DNA of 64,000 nucleotides from a bacterium (GTDB lineage Bacteria; Hinthialibacterota; Hinthialibacteria; Hinthialibacterales; Hinthialibacteraceae): NCBI GenBank assembly GCA_963663405.2, contig CAXXSM010000142.1, positions 61,759 to 125,758 of the forward strand, read 5' to 3'. Shown piece by piece: positions 58,159 to 64,000 of this stretch (position 1 is its first letter; each line of letters starts with the position of its first letter). The notes under the pieces were generated by a model. It saw only the letters and a program-made list of their open reading frames with translations, ran no database searches and was not told where the DNA came from. The position numbers and the translations under genes were made by a program.

Positions 58159-58422
58159 CTTTTTTTTCTCTCTTAAAATGTTGTTTTTATGTTTTTGGAG
58201 TGAAGACTATCTAATAAACCAAAAATAAATGATATTATCAAGTAGGAAATGCATATCTATAAAAAAAAATTGAAAATTAATCATTAATGAACATTATTAA
58301 ATCATCGAATTTAAAAATACCTGATTTTGAAAATAATAGGAATATCTTATCAGTAGAAATTTGACAACTAAGTCTAGGCGGGTGTATATGATATTAAAGC
58401 ATAGAAATTCTTCTATTCAACC

Positions 58423-61400
58423 TCATGTAACCGCGATCCTGAGCATCTTTTCAATATATGTACCCTTGTCTTCTTGCTGGAAGAACACATGTCTCTTTTC
58501 AAATTCTTCTTTCGTTAATCCACTGTCCCACCATCTCACTTCAGGTATACGGGTATTGGAAACAATGAAGGAATTTAGCGTGACCATTGGATCTTGTTCG
58601 CGGAGATCGTTTTCAATCGATTTAATTGTCTTGCAAAATGCGATCTTAGGATCATCAATGCCTTTCAGGTTACGTAATCCCTTTGGATCGATGAAGTTGA
58701 TGTACTGCTTTTCATTAACAAGAAGCCAAAGAATGAAATCCGGATAGAAATTCCCGGCTTCGAAAAAACCGATTCCCTTGCCCCGAGACATATTCCTTAG
58801 TAAATAGAGTTCTTTCTCCTTAAAGAATTCCTTGTTCTGTGTGCAATACTGTTGTAGATCTAGAACGAAATCTCGTTCTCCTTCGTTTAAAGGAACGGGC
58901 TTCACCTCGATGACATCGCTATTCACATAGACTAATGGCTGGTAGAGATGCTGGCCGAAGAATATGGTGTGAAAACCTTGGAACATTTCCATCGGTTTGA
59001 GTTGGCCGCTCACAATGATCTTTTTGATCTCTTCCAGTTTTGTAACGATATCCTTTCGCGACTGGTCAATGAGGAAAAGGTAATCGTCGATAAAGTTACT
59101 ATCGTCTTCCATCAAAGTCCTATACTCAAGATGATCATTCTCGAACTCGGCTTTGCGTATCTTGTAAAACCGGTCACAATATTTTCGAAGCAATGTAGAC
59201 GCTATCTCTTGCCACTGACGCATTTGATCGAAGGACCGGGCTACCATCTCTTCTTGTGGGATGTAAAGAACATACCAGTCACAATCTGTGAGAAGTTTTG
59301 GTATCCCTGCCTTGCTCAAATTGAGGTTATACCAAGCCCGTTCGCTCTTGAATTGTTGAAGGTCGAAATACAACTCATCAATATCCATAAAAGCTAAATG
59401 GTTAGATGTGAACCAAGCCTCGTTGCGCAATGTTGAATCAAGCGCGCCTTGGCCTCGTACACTTGCTAACGCTTGGATTTTTGGATACCAATCTATGACA
59501 ACACGGTTTTTCCTTATATACTCGTCCGGCGTGTCCAGCGTAGGCTTCGGTCCTTGTTTCTTGAAATCAATCCCTTCTTTCACGCGGATCGTCTTTAACG
59601 GTTTTTTCCCCAAGTTTTTGACTACCGGTAAAACGAATTCTATGCGCTCCTCATTGGTTGGAAGCCCCTCATCTTCTAGATATTCTTTGAATTGCCGCAT
59701 ATAATCGGCGTGAATACCAAACACATTCAGCGTCTCTAATCGTTCAATATCTTTTGGAGCATTTAAACCAACAATGCGATGGCTTCGCTTAAGGCTGAAA
59801 TTCAAACCTTTCAGCCGAACTCCGCGTCCAAAAAGTTGGATAATTTGGGAGCCTTCTTTCTTACCGATGTTCATGAGTCCCATCGTACTCACCCGCCAAC
59901 TCGACCATCCCTCGGAAAATTTTTTTGAGCCGATCAGTACGTTCAGTGTTGATTCATCCGAATTGACACGACGGAAAAGCGAATCTGAAAATTCGCTGTC
60001 TGTGACAGCCAAGTCTTCTGGATGCTCTTCGCAGAGTTTACATAGACCGGTTGGATCCCCTACGTTAATTAGTCCAAAAGGTTCGTTCTCCTCCCCGATA
60101 TGTAAAGCGATCTCACCTTCGGTCTCACCGCCAGCTTTAAGCCGCCGTACATGCAACGCGCCGGGCGCTTGAGCATTGAAGAGCGTTCCTAAAATATCTC
60201 GGAACGCCGATTCCCCAGTAAGTCCCAGCTGACCGAGATAAGTGAATGCTCCTGTAAAAAGCTCGCGGCCTTTCGCGTCATGAAGACCCGATTGACCGCT
60301 AAGGAGCATGTCCAGATAACGGACACTCTCAGCGTTGTTTTTCACAAAGTGGGAAAGGAAAAGGAGAATATCGACAACATCAGAAACATCTTTCTGTCTT
60401 GGTTTCTTGGTGACGCTCCCGCCGACGAATATCCAAAGCGGTTTCTCGATCAGGAAGCGGCGCAGTTCCTCTTTCTTATCAATAAATAACCTTTGTTGCT
60501 GGTAGAATGCGAGGAGGCAGGCCGTCAGATACCGGCGGCGGTGTTCTTCGTTCGAGTCGTCCTCAAGATTGAGAATCCGGTATTCTTTGCCGTAACCATC
60601 ACCGTAGAAATATTTGTAGGAATAATCAAAGAGAATGCATTTGGCGTATTCGTGGGCCAGGTTCTTATTTCCACTTGCCTTCATGGCTTGGCCGAATGTC
60701 GCGGAGTATTCGAAAGAAAATCCTTTATCACATAGACGATTGCGCATTTGCATCCAATGACCAACCTCTGTCCCGCTGCTTCCCCGGTGACCTTCATCCA
60801 CCAGAACGAGATTGTTTCCTTCAAAAGCGTCGATGGATACGGTCTTCTCACCGGTGGTTTCTCTCAGTTTATGGACATCGATAATTTCAATGCCGCTCCC
60901 CGTGAACAGTCCTCCGGCATCCTTTTCGAAAAGAACCGCGTCCATCCCGGATAACCAGAACTCGTCTCGATGCTGAAGGCTTAATCCCTCATTTGGCGTT
61001 AGCAGGATAGTTCTATTGAGATCGTTTTCCCTCCCGTTCAGTTTCTGGTAAAACTGGTATTGCAGAATGTTGATATGCATAAGGAGCGTTTTGCCCGATC
61101 CGGTAGCGCTCCAAAAAGCGAATTTTTTCAAGTCTTCCAATTCGTATGGCTTGATCTGAACATCCGAGGGCAGGCCGGTGGCGAATAACTGGCCTAATGC
61201 ATTCTGCTGATGTGTTTCACCATTGTTGAATTGTATCGCGTATGCGTTAAGGTCTGATAAAAGTTTCTCGGGATCTCGAAAATAGCGATCCAGGTAAATT
61301 TCCGTGAAGAGCAAACAGAGATACTGGAAATACTTAGGATACAGATTCTGTCCATCCGCGTTTCTTTTCTCGGTGATTTGTTTCCAGTGCCGGACGATGT

Positions 61401-61659
61401 TTTCATCGTATGCCAGAAGAATATCATTCGACAAGCCGGGACGTTCGAAGAGCAACTTTAAACATTGGTGGAAACGAGAAATGTTATCCTCGTTAAACCC
61501 TTCGTAAGCGGGATCGCGAATAAGTTTGCCCAGATCCTCGAAGGTGGCCGATCCGAATTGTTCAAGCATCCAGTTGGTTAATACTAAGCGATGTTCAAAT
61601 TTGATTTTTTTAACCGCAGAGGACGCGGAGGAACGCCGAGTTGTTTTTTTAGAGGTCAT
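58423..61659 (-). CDS. res: Type III restriction enzyme Res subunit (SF2 helicase plus PD-(D/E)xK nuclease)
   Basis: SATGSGKT, LVDEGH, EYSATF, IIQLFGRGVRL, FYPDFILW...FIDPKG. Confidence 0.92.
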   Translation of the reverse strand: MTSKKTTRRSSASSAVKKIKFEHRLVLTNWMLEQFGSATFEDLGKLIRDPAYEGFNEDNISRFHQCLKLLFERPGLSNDILLAYDENIVRHWKQITEKRNADGQNLYPKYFQYLCLLFTEIYLDRYFRDPEKLLSDLNAYAIQFNNGETHQQNALGQLFATGLPSDVQIKPYELEDLKKFAFWSATGSGKTLLMHINILQYQFYQKLNGRENDLNRTILLTPNEGLSLQHRDEFWLSGMDAVLFEKDAGGLFTGSGIEIIDVHKLRETTGEKTVSIDAFEGNNLVLVDEGHRGSSGTEVGHWMQMRNRLCDKGFSFEYSATFGQAMKASGNKNLAHEYAKCILFDYSYKYFYGDGYGKEYRILNLEDDSNEEHRRRYLTACLLAFYQQQRLFIDKKEELRRFLIEKPLWIFVGGSVTKKPRQKDVSDVVDILLFLSHFVKNNAESVRYLDMLLSGQSGLHDAKGRELFTGAFTYLGQLGLTGESAFRDILGTLFNAQAPGALHVRRLKAGGETEGEIALHIGEENEPFGLINVGDPTGLCKLCEEHPEDLAVTDSEFSDSLFRRVNSDESTLNVLIGSKKFSEGWSSWRVSTMGLMNIGKKEGSQIIQLFGRGVRLKGLNFSLKRSHRIVGLNAPKDIERLETLNVFGIHADYMRQFKEYLEDEGLPTNEERIEFVLPVVKNLGKKPLKTIRVKEGIDFKKQGPKPTLDTPDEYIRKNRVVIDWYPKIQALASVRGQGALDSTLRNEAWFTSNHLAFMDIDELYFDLQQFKSERAWYNLNLSKAGIPKLLTDCDWYVLYIPQEEMVARSFDQMRQWQEIASTLLRKYCDRFYKIRKAEFENDHLEYRTLMEDDSNFIDDYLFLIDQSRKDIVTKLEEIKKIIVSGQLKPMEMFQGFHTIFFGQHLYQPLVYVNSDVIEVKPVPLNEGERDFVLDLQQYCTQNKEFFKEKELYLLRNMSRGKGIGFFEAGNFYPDFILWLLVNEKQYINFIDPKGLRNLKGIDDPKIAFCKTIKSIENDLREQDPMVTLNSFIVSNTRIPEVRWWDSGLTKEEFEKRHVFFQQEDKGTYIEKMLRIAVT
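61609..61640 (-). repeat. (CTCTGCG)3-GTTAAA repeat, inverted copy inside the 5' end of res
   Basis: Reverse complement CTCGGCGTTCCTCCGCGTCCTCTGCGGTTAAA matches 62035-62066 at 28 of 32 positions. Confidence 0.85.
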
Positions 61660-62033
61660 AGGTTATTCACCATCCGCTTGATGCCATCCTTGAGCCGCGT
61701 GACGTTGAAGTTAATCAGTAATCCGATCTTCTTACCGCTAAGTTTCAAGTAGGAAAGCAGTTGGGCTTCGTGAACTGAGTTCAGCCTTTCCACTGCCTTC
61801 AGTTCAACGATAATTTGGCTTTCAACAAGCAGGTCCAGCCGATAGCCCAGATCGATTCTTACATTATCATAGATAACAGGCAAACCCACTTGCTGAGATA
61901 CACTTAAGCCCCGTTTCTCCAATTCATATTTCAAACATGCTTCGTAAGCGCTTTCTAACAATCCCGGCCCCAGTGAAGAATGAACCTTCATTGCCGCATC
62001 CACAATCGCGCCACTGATTTTATTTAATTCCAT
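61656..62033 (-). CDS. GxxExxY protein (PD-(D/E)xK nuclease-like)
   Basis: GPGLLESAYEACL, YRLDLLVE..IIVELKAV, AQLLSYLK, GLLINF. Confidence 0.95.
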   Translation of the reverse strand: MELNKISGAIVDAAMKVHSSLGPGLLESAYEACLKYELEKRGLSVSQQVGLPVIYDNVRIDLGYRLDLLVESQIIVELKAVERLNSVHEAQLLSYLKLSGKKIGLLINFNVTRLKDGIKRMVNNL

Positions 62034-62034
62034 T

Positions 62035-62066
62035 CTCTGCGCCCCTCTGCGTCCTCTGCGGTTAAA
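62035..62066 (+). repeat. (CTCTGCG)3-GTTAAA repeat between mod and GxxExxY
   Basis: CTCTGCGCCCCTCTGCGTCCTCTGCGGTTAAA; fills the intergenic space and overlaps the mod stop codon. Confidence 0.9.
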
Positions 62067-64000
62067 CGTCTTTCACATCGAACATGAGCCGCTTAAATTC
62101 TTCTTCTATAAGCCGTACTTTATAACGCGGTTCCACCCCTTCCCTCTCCGGATCGAGTGGCACATTCATTAGGTTGTTGTCACCGTTGACGTAAATTACA
62201 TCGAACTCAGAATCGAGTGTGTTGTATTGCTGTTTTTTGAAGAATTCATCCAGTTCCTCGTTGGATTTTAACTTTTGTATTTGTATTTTCTCTGCGCTCT
62301 CTGCGTCCTCTGCGGTTAAATCTCTTATCTTGCGCCAAATGACAAGAACCTTTTCCCCTTTTGGATTTTCGCCTTCGATTACTTGGTAGCCGCTGATCCT
62401 GTCAATATGCTTGACCTTCAATCCCAATAGCCAATTGAACGTCTCAACAAGGTCTACGTTTACAGGCTTTGTCTCCCCAACCGAACCTGTGCCGATAAGC
62501 AGTTTGTAATTCCATGGATCGTCAAAGTTGTCGATGTTGAGCAAGGTTTGGCTGCCACGGGATTCAACGTCAAGCATATATTTCAGCATGTAGGATTCCC
62601 GGAAATCGTCCGCCCGATCGAGGAGTGACGCCTGATCTCCAGTGCGGTCAAGCCGGATATTCGACAGCGCGTCTTCATAGGATTCCAGGCGGATATACTT
62701 GAACATGTGGCTGATGCCCTCACGCGAAACCGGTTTCCCGTCCTTCCAGTCTTTGGAATAGACGACCTTCTGGATGCGTGGTTTCAGGACGGCGTCGAAG
62801 TATTCTCCCATTTCCACGAGGATGTATCTACGGTTACATTCATCATTGCGATTCAAATCGATTATTGCTTGCCCTGTTGTCCCGGAACCAGCGAAGAAGT
62901 CAATAACTAAACATTGGGTATCTCCAGTCTGCTCTACAAGTTCTTTTACAAATCCAGTAGGTTTGGGAAAGTCTAAAACTCTCTTGGAAAACAAGTTATC
63001 TATTTCTGCAGTTCCATTCTTTGTGTATATGCCTTTTGCAATAAGTGAAGAATAACCCGTAAATTCACCTTTGAGTTCTGATAGAAATACCTTTCGACGT
63101 GGGCGTCCGCTTTCAGAATCTGGCCAAATAATCCTATTTTCTTCGATCAGTCTATCCATAGTAGTTCTGTCATATCGCCAACCAAGTTTAGGTTTTCCAT
63201 AATTAATACACGTTTCTGGATTTACTAGATCGTAGTGACAATTCGGTCTTTGCTCCTCAGGTAAAATTCCCACCATGTTTGCGCTTGACCATGGTCCCCT
63301 AGGATCATTGTCTGGATTCTTATACAAATCTAACTTGCGCGGTTCACCTCTGACATTTTTTCCATAACATAGAACATATTCATGGTCGATAGAGGCCCCC
63401 GTAACATTCCGGTTATCTTTGTTCTGTCTGCTTTTCCATACGAATTGTCCAATAAACTTATCACCTATTAGTGAATCGGTTAAAGACCTAAATCTGTGTT
63501 GTTCGATATCATCAATACTCACGAGTAATAGACCGTCGGGAAGAAGTAGTTCAATTCCACTTATTAGCCTGTCGTTCATCATTGAAAGCCACGAGGCATG
63601 TTGATATCTGTCCTTATAGATAAATCCATCTCCACCTGTATTGTAAGGTGGATCAATATAAATACACTTTACATGATCTTGATAGCGTTCCAGCATCAGA
63701 TTTAGCGCCTGAAAATTTTCAGAATGAAATAGCAAACCATCGCATTTATATTCGATGTCATCAAAACTCAAAAGCAACTTATCTTTGAATTCCTGATCAA
63801 AAAACTTAGTATCCAAAACCAAGAACGAGTTCGCCTCCAAGAACTCAACCGTAAGGGGCTCCGAGTACCCAGGTGTTGTGAGATCCTTCTTGATCTCGTC
63901 GATGGCGAAGAGTTGCGCCCATTCCTCCCGCTGGGCGTCGTTGGCGGCGATTTCGGGGTACATCTCCACCGGCACACGGTCGAGGGTAACGCAGTAGTTG
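62062..64000 (-). CDS. mod: Type III R-M Mod subunit, N6-adenine DNA methyltransferase (5' end outside the window)
   Basis: IYIDPPYNTG, FPKP, IDFFAGSGTT; frame open to the window edge (NYCVTLDRVP); upstream of res. Confidence 0.93.
   Translation of the reverse strand, partial: NYCVTLDRVPVEMYPEIAANDAQREEWAQLFAIDEIKKDLTTPGYSEPLTVEFLEANSFLVLDTKFFDQEFKDKLLLSFDDIEYKCDGLLFHSENFQALNLMLERYQDHVKCIYIDPPYNTGGDGFIYKDRYQHASWLSMMNDRLISGIELLLPDGLLLVSIDDIEQHRFRSLTDSLIGDKFIGQFVWKSRQNKDNRNVTGASIDHEYVLCYGKNVRGEPRKLDLYKNPDNDPRGPWSSANMVGILPEEQRPNCHYDLVNPETCINYGKPKLGWRYDRTTMDRLIEENRIIWPDSESGRPRRKVFLSELKGEFTGYSSLIAKGIYTKNGTAEIDNLFSKRVLDFPKPTGFVKELVEQTGDTQCLVIDFFAGSGTTGQAIIDLNRNDECNRRYILVEMGEYFDAVLKPRIQKVVYSKDWKDGKPVSREGISHMFKYIRLESYEDALSNIRLDRTGDQASLLDRADDFRESYMLKYMLDVESRGSQTLLNIDNFDDPWNYKLLIGTGSVGETKPVNVDLVETFNWLLGLKVKHIDRISGYQVIEGENPKGEKVLVIWRKIRDLTAEDAESAEKIQIQKLKSNEELDEFFKKQQYNTLDSEFDVIYVNGDNNLMNVPLDPEREGVEPRYKVRLIEEEFKRLMFDVKDV
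62290..62320 (+). repeat. (CTCTGCG)3-GTTAAA repeat translated inside mod
   Basis: CTCTGCGCTCTCTGCGTCCTCTGCGGTTAAA; encodes LTAEDAESAE. Confidence 0.85.

Noticed and set aside
1-64000. CRISPR array, rRNA or tRNA genes; numerous short antisense ORFs in the track
   Set aside because: No regularly spaced repeat-spacer pattern or RNA gene signature seen; the short ORFs are shadows of long, motif-bearing genes.

Overview
Bacterial chromosomal window, probably from a planctomycete-like or candidate-phylum heterotroph. Three GFTLIELLIVVAIIGILAAIAVPNFLNAQ pseudopilins and many secreted glycan-processing proteins suggest a Hinthialibacterota/Sumerlaeota-like lineage (inference only). The left 36 kb is accessory cargo: a PQQ-propeller protein, pseudopilins, a complete IS3 element (6355-7880, CTT target duplication), an ABC exporter, a ChlD-type chelatase with an A11 slippage tract, several glycoside-hydrolase-like genes and two heavily frameshifted genes. 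The main result is an AT-richer, eight-gene minus-strand cluster at 36381-58158 in which every protein has a Sec-type signal peptide. It reads as a divergent Tc (ABC) toxin complex. It has a 2295-aa protein with a TcA-like C-terminus and a fused TcB-TcC (SpvB/RHS) protein carrying a lipase-like payload. Four further proteins share one N-terminal module attached to different tips: two phage-tail-fibre S74 chaperone types, one FGE/C-type-lectin fold and one unknown. Two of them share a 238-bp near-identical DNA block. Next to the cluster is a type III restriction-modification operon interrupted by a GxxExxY gene bracketed by (CTCTGCG)3 repeats. All calls come from reading motifs by eye; no searches were run.
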